A DNA stretch of 64,000 nucleotides from assembly GCA_947313855.1 (NCBI GenBank), contig CAMZNS010000010.1, forward strand, positions 12,769-76,768. Reading direction: 5' to 3'. The position numbers and the translations under genes are program-made. The number at the start of each line of letters is the position of its first letter. Position 1 is the stretch's first letter. Below the pieces are notes generated by a model, which had not been told where the DNA came from, made no database searches, and saw nothing but the letters and a program-made list of their open reading frames with translations. This document shows, piece after piece, positions 19,456 through 29,806 of this stretch. Origin of the DNA: an uncultured Deferribacteraceae bacterium. GTDB lineage: Bacteria; Chrysiogenota; Deferribacteres; CAMZNJ01.

Positions 19456-20262
19456 ATGATGAAGCTTTTCCTTGTTGCAGTAGTGGGGATGATGTCCATC
19501 GGAGCAACCTCTTTCGGCGGAGTAGTTAAAGTCGGTGAAGCCATGGAGTCGAAAGGGCGTGTGGAGGTTGTAAAACCTGACGCCGTTCGTGGTGCACCCC
19601 TTAAGTCTGGCGGAATTGTGGAGGCTGGGGATATTGTTCGTACCTCTTCAGGTGCGTCCGCCGTACTTCTTCTTGTAGACGGCTCTGTCTTAGAAGTTGG
19701 AGCAAGTTCCCGCGTGAAGTTCTACGAGCTAAACAAAAATTCCGATACACATGTTAACCTCGAAAAAGGGGATGTGCTCTTCGACATAACACCCATAACA
19801 CCCATTCGTGGCACATTCAAGATCAAAACAACAACCTCAATCATCGGGGTGAAGGGAACAAATTTTAGGGTGATTGCAACAGAATCAAGAACCAAAGTTA
19901 CCATGAACAGAGGGGTGGTTGCAATTAGTTCTGTGCTGTCTCCAGGGAAGACCGTTTCGGTTTCGGCAGGTCAAGTTGCTGTTATAACCACCTCAGGGGT
20001 GCAGACGCGTAAGCAAACACAGTCGGAGCAAAGCGGAACACTTATCGACCTACAAGCCAAACCGAGTGTTGTCGATGGCAGGATGGATATCCCCAATAAC
20101 ATAGAAACCATGCCTGCATCTACTATTGAGGGTGATGACTCCACCCCTGCAACGCCGCCAAGTCCTGTTGACCCCAAAGATAAACGCCCAGATAAGCCGG
20201 ATCCAACACCACCAACACCGCCAACACCTAGCGGTCCAGCGGTTAAGATTATTGTGAAGTAG
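19456..20262 (+). CDS. FecR-domain periplasmic protein with a Pro-rich C-terminal tail
   Basis: Signal peptide. FecR-like beta-rich domain (VVKPDAVRGAPLKSGGIVEAGDIVRTSSGASAVLLLVDGSVLEV...). C-terminal PDKPDPTPPTPPTPSGP. Confidence 0.55.
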   Translation: MMKLFLVAVVGMMSIGATSFGGVVKVGEAMESKGRVEVVKPDAVRGAPLKSGGIVEAGDIVRTSSGASAVLLLVDGSVLEVGASSRVKFYELNKNSDTHVNLEKGDVLFDITPITPIRGTFKIKTTTSIIGVKGTNFRVIATESRTKVTMNRGVVAISSVLSPGKTVSVSAGQVAVITTSGVQTRKQTQSEQSGTLIDLQAKPSVVDGRMDIPNNIETMPASTIEGDDSTPATPPSPVDPKDKRPDKPDPTPPTPPTPSGPAVKIIVK

Positions 20263-20452
20263 GTTGTGCGTTTGCAATGTTGTGCGTTGGTAGCGTTGCG
20301 TTTGCAATGTTGGTGTTGACCGCGTTGCGTTTGCAATGTTGTGCGTTGACCGCGTTGCGTTTGCAATGTTGTGCGTTGACCGCGTTGCGTTTGCAATGTT
20401 GTGCGTTGGTAGCGTTGCGTTTGCAATGTTGGTGTTGACCACGTTGCGTTGG
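20260..20452. repeat. About 30-bp tandem repeat x6 (core gcgttgcgtttgcaatgttg with variable 10-bp linkers)
   Basis: Direct reading. No unique spacers, so not CRISPR. Confidence 0.9.
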
Positions 20453-20539
20453 TTTCTGTAAATACATGGGGGTGCAAGTGTTTGTGATACTGTATCATAC
20501 TTTTTGCTTGTGCCTCCGTTCCCCGCTTAGGATGGTTTT

Positions 20540-21058
20540 ATGAGTACCTCTGTTTATCAAGCTCAGACTTTAGGGGATCTTGCTGATGTTGCGGGTTCCC
20601 TTGCGTCCTCCCTGTGTGGTAAGATTGTTTATCTTTCGGGTGATGTTGGTGCGGGTAAGACAACGTTTGTTAGTGCTTTGGCACCTCATCTTGGTTATTT
20701 CGGCTCAGTTAGTTCCCCCACGTTTACCCTGATAAACGAGTATTACCCGTCAACATCGCTGTCTACGTTGCCTATGCTCCCTATTTACCACGGTGATTTT
20801 TATCGTCTTCACGATGTTCAGCAGCTTGACAACATCGGTTTTTGGGATTTGGTTGACAATAGGGCAACTATTTTGGTAGAATGGTCAGAATCGGTATCAC
20901 TCAGCTCACTTTTACCACCTGATTGTACGATTACATTTACCCGTTTGCCGGGTCGGATAGATCTTCCTGATAAGGGTTTGAGTCTTTCGAATGTTGCAGG
21001 TAGTGGCGATTTGGGTTGCTACTTGGAGGTAGTTTTTCATCATGAAAGTAGCGTTTAA
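20540..21058 (+). CDS. tsaE: tRNA threonylcarbamoyladenosine biosynthesis ATPase TsaE (YjeE)
   Basis: P-loop GDVGAGKTTF, then SPTFTL...H.DFYRL...ILVEW, the TsaE signature. Confidence 0.8.
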   Translation: MSTSVYQAQTLGDLADVAGSLASSLCGKIVYLSGDVGAGKTTFVSALAPHLGYFGSVSSPTFTLINEYYPSTSLSTLPMLPIYHGDFYRLHDVQQLDNIGFWDLVDNRATILVEWSESVSLSSLLPPDCTITFTRLPGRIDLPDKGLSLSNVAGSGDLGCYLEVVFHHESSV

Positions 21059-21287
21059 GATTAATGAACGTCCGTTTACAGATGTTATTCCGGAGAGTTT
21101 GCAGTTCTATTTTTATGAGATAGAGTGTCTTTTGGAGTTGATAAACAGCGAAGAGGACGAGTCTTTGCTGAGCTATTACTCCTATCGGCTTGCGGCTATC
21201 GAGCGGGTTTTGAGTGAGCAGAATCTGCTTATGGTGGAGTTCCCCAATGGGCTTCCTACCATACTGGGCAACGACTACAACCATTAG
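21042..21287 (+). CDS. Hypothetical small protein (81 aa)
   Basis: ORF overlapping the tsaE stop by 17 nt (operon-like coupling). No recognisable domain. Confidence 0.3.
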   Translation: MKVAFKINERPFTDVIPESLQFYFYEIECLLELINSEEDESLLSYYSYRLAAIERVLSEQNLLMVEFPNGLPTILGNDYNH

Positions 21288-21592
21288 CGGGCAGCGTGGC
21301 ACAGCTTGAGTCGGCGTTGCGTTATGTTGGCGTATTCGCGTTGCAGTTGCGTTGCAGTTGCGTTGCACAGCTTGAGTCGGCGTTGCGTTATGTTGGCGTA
21401 TTCGCGTTGCAGTTGCGTTGCAGTTGCGTGGCACAGCTTGAGTCGGCGTTGCGTTATGTTGGCGTATTCGCGTTGCAGTTGCGTTGCACAGCTTGAGTCG
21501 GCGTTGCGTTATGTTGGCGTATTCGCGTGGCAGTTGCGTGGCACAGCTTGAGTCGGCGTTGCGTTATGTTGGCGTATTCGCGTTGCAGTTTT
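21288..21592. repeat. About 60-66-bp tandem repeat x5 (ggcacagcttgagtcggcgttgcgttatgttggcgtattcgcgttgcagttgcgttgca...)
   Basis: Direct reading. Units contain nested gcgttgcagtt sub-repeats. No unique spacers. Confidence 0.9.
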
Positions 21593-21679
21593 CAATAAAC
21601 TAATAAATTTAGTCGTCTTAGTCGTATGTAAGTAGTGTGTACGCGTGCCTGCATACTGAGCGATGCAGGAGTTTCAAGT

Positions 21680-24418
21680 ATGTCGAAAAATAACCACCCC
21701 TTAGCCCACCTATTTACCACCGAGTCGTGGTCGTCGCCCCGTGTACTCTTTGGCGACTACGAGTCTGATATCTACTCCTACTGGCTTGACTCCGCCTACT
21801 TTGAGGTGGACATGAACAGCTCTAAGCCACCCTTCTCCATGCTTATCCCCCCACCAAATGTTACTGGTAACCTGCACATCGGTCACGCACTCAACACCAC
21901 ACTGCAAGATATGCTTGCTCGGTATCATCGTCTTCGTGGGTACGAAGTGTTCTGGTCTGTGGGCACCGATCACGCTGGCATTGCCACACAAAATGTTGTT
22001 GAGCGTGAGCTGCACAAGGATGGCATAACCCGTCATGATTTGGGTCGCGAGAAGTTTGTGGAGCGTGTTTGGGAGTGGAAGGAGGAGTACGGCAGTAGCA
22101 TTAAGAATCAGCTGATGCGTATGGGTGCTTCCTGCGACTGGTCGCGAGAGTGGTTCACCATGGACGACAACCTCAGTCGTGTTGTTCGCCACACCTTTGT
22201 TGAATTCTACAAAAAGGGGCTTATCTACCGTGGCGAATACATGGTCAACTGGTGTCCACGGTGTCTGTCTGCCATTAGCGACTTGGAGACCAACAGCATT
22301 GAGGGCAAATCCCTCATGTACGACATAAAATACCCCCTCGCCGATGGTAGTGGTCATGTTGTCATATCCACTACCCGACCCGAAACCTATTTTGCCGATG
22401 TTGCTGTTGCTGTGCACCCCGATGATAATCGCTACAAGCACCTTGTTGGCAAGATGGTGGAGTTGCCCCTCGTTGGTCGTAGCATCCCCATTATTGCAGA
22501 TGATTACGTGGACATGGAGTTCGGATCCGCCTGCCTCAAGGTTACCCCTTCCCACGATGCCAATGATTTCGAAATCGGCAAACGACACAACCTAGAACAC
22601 CTCGAAGTAATCGACGCGGATGGTACCTTAAACCAACTTGCAGGCAAGTACGCTGGCTTGGATAGGTTTGAGGCACGCAAACAGGTTGTTGCGGGGTTGG
22701 AGGAGGCTGGCTACCTGATTGCCACCCACGATCACACCAATGCTGTTGGATCGTGCGACAGGTGCTCCACCGTAATCGAACCACGCCTGTCTGAGCAATG
22801 GTTTTTGAGCATGAAAGATATGGCTGCTGTTGCTATCGACGCTGTTGAGTCGGGTGAGATTAAACTCCATCCGCCAACATGGCAAAACCTTTACTTCGAC
22901 TGGATGACGAATATTCGCGACTGGTGCATCTCACGCCAACTTTGGTGGGGGCACCGCATCCCCGCATACTACTGCCACAACGGACACACCACCGTTGCCA
23001 TGGAAACACCCACCTCTTGTGCCACTTGTGGCGGCGAGATATCGCACCAAGATGAAGATGTTTTAGACACATGGTACTCATCGCAACTCCTACCATTTGC
23101 TGTGCTAGGATGGCCAGAAGATACGGCAATGATGGACAGATTCTACCCGTCGTCGGTGCTTTCCACCGGTTTTGACATAATATTCTTTTGGGTCGCACGA
23201 ATGATAATGATGGGGTACGAGTTTACAGGTAAAAAACCGTTTGACAATGTATACTTCCACGCCTTGGTGCGAGATTCAAACGGTCAGAAAATGAGCAAAT
23301 CCAAGGGGAATGTTGTGAACCCCCTAGAGCTGGCAGACAAATACGGTGCCGATACGCTACGTATGTCGTTGGCAGCTTTCGCTGTGCAGGGGCGAGATAT
23401 TAAGCTCGACCTCAACCGTGTCGAAGGGTTCTACCACTTTACAAACAAAATCTGGAACGCATCCCGCTTTGTCATGATAAACGCTCAAGACGCAACATAC
23501 ACCGAGCCCACAATTAGCGATAAAGGTGTGGTGGATACCGCCGACAGGTGGATAATCATGGAGCTCAATACCGCACTCAATAAATTCTCGCAACAAATAG
23601 AAGGGTACAACTTCGGCGGTGCAATGCAAACCGCTTACGACTTCTTCTGGAGCACATACTGCGACTGGTATCTCGAGGTTGTCAAAGTACGACTTGCTGG
23701 GGTGGATACATCCACAGAAGATGGTGCAAAAATACGGGACGAAGCAACAAGCATGACACTGTACGTTCTGCGTAGCTCACTAATCATGCTCCACAGTGTC
23801 GCACCATTCCTCACCGAGTACATCTACCAACAACTACCCAACAAACGAACACAATCTATTATGCTGGAGGAATACCCGAACCCCGCCATCTCGCAAGCAT
23901 TACAAGACGGTGGTGAAGGTGGAATCGCAGAAGCCTTCCAAAGTGCCACAACACAGATGAGCCTCGCAATGGAGTTTATCACCATGGTACGTAACATTCG
24001 TGGGGAATACAATATCCCCGCTAAGGTTGAGCTAAGTATTTTGGTGCGTTGTGATGAAGCGTCGCAAGGGGCACTGGAACAGTCGCAAAACCTTGTTCAC
24101 GCCCTTGCCAACGTGGGAACAATGAATTTTGTTGCAACACTTGAAGACGCACCTGAAGGGAGTGCCACCAAGGTTTCATCCAACTTTGAGGTTGCAGTCA
24201 ATATCAAAGACTACATCGATATTCCGCAAGAGATTGCACGCCTCGAACGTGAAAAGAAAGGACTACTGAAAGACCTGTCCGTGTATGGCAAAAAACTCGA
24301 AAATAAACGATTTCTGGAGAGTGCACCCAAAGAGGTTATTACCAAAGATAGGGCGAAGGTTGCGGACTTAAATGAACAGCTGGAATCAGTTGTTCGTGCG
24401 TTATCGTCGTTGACTTAG
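21680..24418 (+). CDS. valS: Valyl-tRNA synthetase
   Basis: HIGH (NLHIGHALN) and KMSKS motifs, editing domain, C-terminal coiled coil. Start at MSKNNHP (21680). The ORF extends to 21635. Confidence 0.9.
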   Translation: MSKNNHPLAHLFTTESWSSPRVLFGDYESDIYSYWLDSAYFEVDMNSSKPPFSMLIPPPNVTGNLHIGHALNTTLQDMLARYHRLRGYEVFWSVGTDHAGIATQNVVERELHKDGITRHDLGREKFVERVWEWKEEYGSSIKNQLMRMGASCDWSREWFTMDDNLSRVVRHTFVEFYKKGLIYRGEYMVNWCPRCLSAISDLETNSIEGKSLMYDIKYPLADGSGHVVISTTRPETYFADVAVAVHPDDNRYKHLVGKMVELPLVGRSIPIIADDYVDMEFGSACLKVTPSHDANDFEIGKRHNLEHLEVIDADGTLNQLAGKYAGLDRFEARKQVVAGLEEAGYLIATHDHTNAVGSCDRCSTVIEPRLSEQWFLSMKDMAAVAIDAVESGEIKLHPPTWQNLYFDWMTNIRDWCISRQLWWGHRIPAYYCHNGHTTVAMETPTSCATCGGEISHQDEDVLDTWYSSQLLPFAVLGWPEDTAMMDRFYPSSVLSTGFDIIFFWVARMIMMGYEFTGKKPFDNVYFHALVRDSNGQKMSKSKGNVVNPLELADKYGADTLRMSLAAFAVQGRDIKLDLNRVEGFYHFTNKIWNASRFVMINAQDATYTEPTISDKGVVDTADRWIIMELNTALNKFSQQIEGYNFGGAMQTAYDFFWSTYCDWYLEVVKVRLAGVDTSTEDGAKIRDEATSMTLYVLRSSLIMLHSVAPFLTEYIYQQLPNKRTQSIMLEEYPNPAISQALQDGGEGGIAEAFQSATTQMSLAMEFITMVRNIRGEYNIPAKVELSILVRCDEASQGALEQSQNLVHALANVGTMNFVATLEDAPEGSATKVSSNFEVAVNIKDYIDIPQEIARLEREKKGLLKDLSVYGKKLENKRFLESAPKEVITKDRAKVADLNEQLESVVRALSSLT

Positions 24419-24431
24419 GTAGTAGCTTTTT

Positions 24432-26294
24432 ATGGATGGTTTGAGTTTATACAAGTTTTTTCGGTGCTGTAACGAAATTTTCGGGGCTAACGCTAACGCT
24501 AACGCTAACGCTGGTGCTGGTGCTAACGCTGGTGCTGGTGCTAACGCTAACGCTGGTGCTAACGCTGGTGCACAAGTGAACTCACTCCTACTATGGAACG
24601 ACGCCATCTACCTCAACCTTTACAAAAAAGAGGTACACTCGTTGGCATTTACGTTCGGATCTGGTCGTGCTAGCCTGTCGTTTGTGAGCGATACATTTTC
24701 GTCGAAGCAGGTGGGTATTTTCGAGAACCTACGTGGGGGCACTGTTGAGGGGTTTTCCACCCATGGACATGATCGCATCGGGTTTGTTGACATAGCGAAA
24801 CGTCGCCCTAGTGGTAAGTTGCAGCGGTTTCGGTTAGTGTTTGAGATTGTTGGTGCCATGTCCAACTTCTTTATCCTTGATGGCGAAACTGGTCGCATCC
24901 TCTACAACCTTAATCAGCGTAACATGGATACCGCTCGCTCTATCGGCGTGTCCCATGTGTATCAACCCTTTGCCTCCAACAAAACCATGGCTTTGGCGAA
25001 CTACAGCAGTGCCTCTGAGGCTCGACTTGACGCCCCTACGAATAGTTCGGCGTCTGCTGCTGCTGAGGCGTATTTTTCGTCCCTCGAAGGGTTCTCCAAA
25101 CCACTTGTACGCGAGGCTGTTGATCTGGTTGAGTCGCACGGTTACGATGTGGCGTTGGAGTATATTTTCCATGAAATAAATATGGGCACCGACTTTTACG
25201 CCCAAGACGCCACCCTATTGCCCTTTACAAGGCATGTCTGTGGTATGGATGATTTCGCCAATGTGGGGGGTACATCCCCTGAGACACCCCCTGAGACACC
25301 CCCTGTTGAGGGAGCAAAGTGGCGTGCATACAACTTTCTGAGCCCAGAGATGGGAGCGTATTTGCAGTCCTTGACACCGCGGGAAGCTACCCTGCGAATA
25401 TCTGTGGCAAGTAGTATTCGTAAGGGGCTTAAAAAATATACTCAGCTGTGCAAAGGCTTACGTACCGAGTTGGAGAACGCCTCAAACTACGAAAAATATC
25501 GCCAAGAGGCAGACCTACTAAAGATGAACCTACACACTGTTCGAGGTCGCGGCGTCTACAGCCTCACCAAATACACCCCTGATGGCGTTGAATCGAATAT
25601 CCGATACACCTACAACAGCGATCTACATGTTCACGACTACATGAAACGACTCTACCACCGTGCAGGACGACTCGAACGAGGTATCCCTGTCATACAAGAA
25701 AGACTCAACCTCATGGAAAGCTATGTGAAGTTTTACGAAGAACAGGAACACTACTGCGAAACAGCATCATACGGCGAACTGCTCTACATGCGAAGTAACG
25801 TGCTCGTGCTTGGCAAAAAAGGGGGGGAACCTAACAAACACGGATCCGGCGGTGCCAAAGGACGCAAAAAACTGGACGCTCGACTAAAATATGAAGGGTT
25901 CCACCGATTCGAAATAGACGGCGTACTGTGCATGCTCGGGAAAAATAGTCGCGGAAACCACGAACTACTACGTGAAGCACTGCCACACGACCACTGGGTG
26001 CACGCCAAAGGGATACCATCTGCACACGGAATAATACGATGGAACAACGACAACAACACTAACCATGACCAAGATAAACTGGACGCACTAATACACACAA
26101 TGGCTCAACTAGTTGCACACTACACCAAAACAACCAACAAACAGGTGGAAATAGACTACACAATACGCAAAAATGTGCGAAACGTAAAAGGTGCACCCAT
26201 GGGGTTCGTAACCTACAAAGGATTCAAAACCATCGCTGTGAACAAAATGAACAAAAACAAAGTAGAACAAATTATCGAGAACAGGAAGCGGTAA
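24432..26294 (+). CDS. RqcH/FbpA-like NFACT-family protein (ribosome quality control)
   Basis: C-terminal NFACT-R/DUF814-like HDHWVHAKGIPSAHGIIRWNND, coiled coil in the middle. N-terminus carries an in-frame hexamer repeat (ANANANANAGAGANAGAGANANAGANAGA, 24487-24570) and PETPPETPP (25276-25303). Confidence 0.65.
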   Translation: MDGLSLYKFFRCCNEIFGANANANANAGAGANAGAGANANAGANAGAQVNSLLLWNDAIYLNLYKKEVHSLAFTFGSGRASLSFVSDTFSSKQVGIFENLRGGTVEGFSTHGHDRIGFVDIAKRRPSGKLQRFRLVFEIVGAMSNFFILDGETGRILYNLNQRNMDTARSIGVSHVYQPFASNKTMALANYSSASEARLDAPTNSSASAAAEAYFSSLEGFSKPLVREAVDLVESHGYDVALEYIFHEINMGTDFYAQDATLLPFTRHVCGMDDFANVGGTSPETPPETPPVEGAKWRAYNFLSPEMGAYLQSLTPREATLRISVASSIRKGLKKYTQLCKGLRTELENASNYEKYRQEADLLKMNLHTVRGRGVYSLTKYTPDGVESNIRYTYNSDLHVHDYMKRLYHRAGRLERGIPVIQERLNLMESYVKFYEEQEHYCETASYGELLYMRSNVLVLGKKGGEPNKHGSGGAKGRKKLDARLKYEGFHRFEIDGVLCMLGKNSRGNHELLREALPHDHWVHAKGIPSAHGIIRWNNDNNTNHDQDKLDALIHTMAQLVAHYTKTTNKQVEIDYTIRKNVRNVKGAPMGFVTYKGFKTIAVNKMNKNKVEQIIENRKR

Positions 26295-26320
26295 CAACAA
26301 AATAAACTGGATAGATAGCA

Positions 26321-27157
26321 ATGAACGACACTAACACCCAACAACAAATAAACAACAAACCGATTGTGGGGAAGTACGGCTGGTACGACTACTTCAACCC
26401 CAACATCGGCTCACGGGCAACACGCAATACGAATAACCCCCACGGCGTTGTAACACGCAAGCACTCCCGAGGAGACAACCTGAACAGTAGCTTCACAAAC
26501 TTCACCGACAACCGATACATTTACAGCAACAACATGTGGAACGCCATCGAAAAATACGCACCAAGATACCCCGAAGTACGACCCGAAACCGTTTTCGACA
26601 ATAACAACAAAACTGTCCTTGAAGTTGGCATCGGTAATGGCGAATTCCTCATCAATCTGGCGGAAAATAACCCCGAAACCAACTTTATCGGATTCGAAGT
26701 ATTCAAAGAGGGGGCAACAAAATGCATACGCCGATGCAAGTCTCTGGGACTAAACAACGTTCGTGTGGTGCATTTCGATGCAATATTCTACATGCACCTA
26801 CTGGAAAAATCATCCATCAGCGAAATCTACGTTAACTTCCCCGATCCATGGTTCAAAAAACGCCACAGAAAGAGACGTATCATTAATCCGCAATTTGTTG
26901 AGCTAGTTGCAAGCCTGCTAAAACCTGATGGCGTGCTCAATATTGCCACAGACAACGAAGACTACGCCACAGGCTTGGACGGAATACAGCATACCCTAGA
27001 AAACTGTGCATCGGGTGGCACCCTCTCCAATATGCAGGGAGAACCATTCACCCACGACGACTCACACTACTTCCCCACAAAATACTACCGCAAGTTCGGT
27101 CGCCAACGCTCCTACTTCTTCAAGTACTATCGACCCAACACCAATGCACAAAAGTAA
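26321..27157 (+). CDS. trmB: tRNA (guanine46-N7)-methyltransferase TrmB with an Asn-rich N-terminal extension
   Basis: SAM motif VLEVGIGNGEFL and downstream TrmB core (FPDPWFKKRHRKRRI). About 60 aa of extra N/T-rich N-terminal sequence. Confidence 0.8.
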   Translation: MNDTNTQQQINNKPIVGKYGWYDYFNPNIGSRATRNTNNPHGVVTRKHSRGDNLNSSFTNFTDNRYIYSNNMWNAIEKYAPRYPEVRPETVFDNNNKTVLEVGIGNGEFLINLAENNPETNFIGFEVFKEGATKCIRRCKSLGLNNVRVVHFDAIFYMHLLEKSSISEIYVNFPDPWFKKRHRKRRIINPQFVELVASLLKPDGVLNIATDNEDYATGLDGIQHTLENCASGGTLSNMQGEPFTHDDSHYFPTKYYRKFGRQRSYFFKYYRPNTNAQK

Positions 27158-27198
27158 CCAAATAACAACTAAATAATAAATTAAACGAGGTGATTTTT

Positions 27199-27624
27199 AT
27201 GAACCAAAACACAAGCAACACCAATAGCGTAGATGGTGCAAACGACGAAGGACAGGGGGCGAACCCCGCTGAAAACAACCTCCGCAAGGTCGAAGGGATG
27301 GCAGACTTTGACCCCGCTACACTCAAAAAAGCGAAAGTCGGACTGCACACACTTGGAGGCGGAGAACTAACCGCCGGATCCCTGGAAGACATGCTCGAAT
27401 TCCCCCTAGACTACACCTACAAGGTCATCGGTATCAATACCCCCGAATTCGTACCAGCAGTGGAAACTTTCTTTGCCGAGGCTTCCCCAAAAATACACCA
27501 AAAAGAATCATCGTCAGGGAAATACGTATCACTAAGCATCACAGTGCACCTAACAGATTACGCCACACTCAAAAAATACTACGACGGAGTGGCAACACTA
27601 AAAGGATTCAAATATTGCATGTAA
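27199..27624 (+). CDS. YbeD/UPF0250 (DUF493) family protein with a low-complexity N-terminal extension
   Basis: C-terminal 85 aa LEFPLDYTYKVIGINTPEFV...GKYVSLSITVHLTD aligns with E. coli YbeD (LEFPTPFTYKVMG...GNYHSVSITINA). Start ATG 27199 with an ACGAGG RBS. Confidence 0.65.
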   Translation: MNQNTSNTNSVDGANDEGQGANPAENNLRKVEGMADFDPATLKKAKVGLHTLGGGELTAGSLEDMLEFPLDYTYKVIGINTPEFVPAVETFFAEASPKIHQKESSSGKYVSLSITVHLTDYATLKKYYDGVATLKGFKYCM

Positions 27625-27763
27625 TAAATATTAAAATATGATACAATTAAGAAGTTATACTTTTCTAACGAATAAAACATGAAGAATTGCCTTTAAACAA
27701 AAGACATATTAAAATGTCCAAACCTACAAACACAACTACACAAGTAGCTAACGGAGCAAAACT

Positions 27764-28726
27764 ATGAAAACAATCGGTGTCTTAACCAGCGGTGGCGATA
27801 GCCCCGGAATGAACGCAGCCATACGTGCTGTTGTACGCACAGCACACGCCAAAGGACTCGTCGTCTACGGTATCGAAAACGGATACCAAGGGATGATCGA
27901 CAACAACATGAGGATACTACAACCCCACGACGTTGGCGGAATACTACACAGGGGCGGAACATTCCTCTACTCAGCACGCTGCAAAGAATTTCGTACCTAC
28001 GAAGGACGAGAAAAAGCCCACAATAACCTGAAAACCAGGGGCATCGAAGCCATTGTTGTCATCGGCGGTGACGGATCGCTAGCCGGTGCAAGGGACCTCT
28101 ACAACGAATTCAACATCCGGTGCATCGGAATACCCGGATCCATCGACAACGACCTCTACGGCACAGACATGTCACTCGGCGTGGACACCGCACTCAACAC
28201 CATCGTCAACGCACTGGACATGATAAGCGATACCGCCTCAAGCCACAACAGAACCTTCTTCGTAGAAGTAATGGGACGAAACAGCGGATACCTCGCAGCA
28301 CAAGCAGCACTAGCATCAGGAGCCGAAGCAGTAGTCGTACCCGAATACAAATTCGACTGGGACAAAGGGATCAAACAACTACTAGACAGACACAACAACG
28401 GATACAGATGCAATATTGTTATTGTTGCCGAAGGGGCAGGCTCGGTGCTGGAGATGGCATCAGAGGTTAAGAAAAAAGCACCCGAACTTGACGCTCGAAT
28501 CACTATCCTAGGACACGTGCAACGCGGTGGAGCACCAACCGCTTACGACCGTAACCTCGCATCCATACTAGGACGAACATCCGTCGAAGCACTACTTGAC
28601 GGCAAAACAGGACTCATGGTAGGAACGCAAGGGGGCAAAATAGCGTTCACAAGCTTCGAAGATGTGTTCAACAACAAATCAACACTCGACCCAGCCATCA
28701 TCGAAACATTAGTAATGATAAAATAA
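27764..28726 (+). CDS. pfkA: ATP-dependent 6-phosphofructokinase
   Basis: GVLTSGGDSPGMNAAIRAVVR, GGDGS and IPGSIDND motifs. 320 aa. Confidence 0.9.
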   Translation: MKTIGVLTSGGDSPGMNAAIRAVVRTAHAKGLVVYGIENGYQGMIDNNMRILQPHDVGGILHRGGTFLYSARCKEFRTYEGREKAHNNLKTRGIEAIVVIGGDGSLAGARDLYNEFNIRCIGIPGSIDNDLYGTDMSLGVDTALNTIVNALDMISDTASSHNRTFFVEVMGRNSGYLAAQAALASGAEAVVVPEYKFDWDKGIKQLLDRHNNGYRCNIVIVAEGAGSVLEMASEVKKKAPELDARITILGHVQRGGAPTAYDRNLASILGRTSVEALLDGKTGLMVGTQGGKIAFTSFEDVFNNKSTLDPAIIETLVMIK

Positions 28727-28757
28727 AACAAAATACATAACACGAGAGGGAATAAAT

Positions 28758-29213
28758 ATGCTGAGCGATAAGATTTTTGACGATATGAAACAAGCCATGC
28801 GTAACAAAGACAAAACCGCACTGGGTGTCTTGCGTATGCTTCGTTCTGAGATTAAATACTCGGAAACCGACGGAGGCAACAAACCTAGCGACGAAAATAC
28901 AATCAAAGTTGTACAGTCAGCTATCAAAAAACGCAAAGTGGCAGCAGAACAATACAAAGAAGCTGGAAGAGACGATCTCGCTGAACAAGAAATAGCCGAA
29001 GCCGATGTGCTAGCACTGTACCTGCCCAAACAACTATCCGAAACCGAAATCATAGAAATAATAACAGCCGAAGCAGAAAAACTCGGTATCAACAAAGGCA
29101 GCAAAAACGGTGCCGCAATGGGACAACTCATGAAAGGCGTAATGGCAGTAGTCGGTGCTAGTGCTGAAGGCAAAGCTGTCAATAATCTAGTGAAATCGTT
29201 TGTCAACGACTAA
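28758..29213 (+). CDS. yqeY: GatB/YqeY-domain protein
   Basis: 151 aa. N-terminal MKQAMRNKDKTALGVLRMLRSEIKY typical of the YqeY family. Confidence 0.7.
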   Translation: MLSDKIFDDMKQAMRNKDKTALGVLRMLRSEIKYSETDGGNKPSDENTIKVVQSAIKKRKVAAEQYKEAGRDDLAEQEIAEADVLALYLPKQLSETEIIEIITAEAEKLGINKGSKNGAAMGQLMKGVMAVVGASAEGKAVNNLVKSFVND

Positions 29214-29295
29214 GCAGAGACGTAAATAAATAAAAATAATTGACTGACGGTCTTGTTGCGTACCGATGTGCCAACAACACCAGGGAGGAGAAGGT

Positions 29296-29766
29296 ATGTT
29301 AGGTTTTTTGGATATTATTATTGTTGCCGTGTTGGCAACTCTGTACGCAGGATTAGGGTTTTATCGTGGCATATTAAGGTCGATAACAGCTGTGGCCGTT
29401 CTTTACGGATCATACATGGCAGCCAAAATTGGTGCACCAGTGGTATTCCCCATTGTTGTTGGTATCATCCCTATCTTTGGGGCTTACATGTATATCGCAA
29501 TCTTCGCGATAATAATGTACTTGACATACCTCCTCTTAGGCATGATAACAGGCATGATGTTTAAACGTGTCCTAAACTTTAGTCGTCCGAGATGGCTTTC
29601 TAGGTTCTTTGGTGGTCTTATTGGTGCAATGATGGGTGTGTTTTTGGCGAGTATTTTGTTCTATTTGCTACAAATTTTCGCTCCCATGGGCACCCCATTC
29701 GTATCATCCATACTGAACTCCCCCGTTGCCAATGCTCTGATCGGGTCTGTGGGTAGGCTTTTGTAG
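29296..29766 (+). CDS. cvpA: CvpA-family membrane protein (colicin V production protein)
   Basis: MLGFLDIIIVAVL...GFYRGILRS with four TM. GGGAGGAG RBS. The ORF track start 29266 is an upstream extension. Confidence 0.65.
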   Translation: MLGFLDIIIVAVLATLYAGLGFYRGILRSITAVAVLYGSYMAAKIGAPVVFPIVVGIIPIFGAYMYIAIFAIIMYLTYLLLGMITGMMFKRVLNFSRPRWLSRFFGGLIGAMMGVFLASILFYLLQIFAPMGTPFVSSILNSPVANALIGSVGRLL

Positions 29767-29806
29767 TCTAGTGCCCCTGTTCGTTAGTTCTTGAATTAAA
29801 TATAAT

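Noticed and set aside
21710-22588. 292-aa antisense ORF inside valS (also 40376-41329 + antisense to phoH, 11987-12358 inside ccmF, 1861-2361 opposite rsmB)
   Set aside because: They are embedded opposite or out of frame in strongly conserved genes and have no motifs. Typical spurious ORFs in a 50% GC genome.
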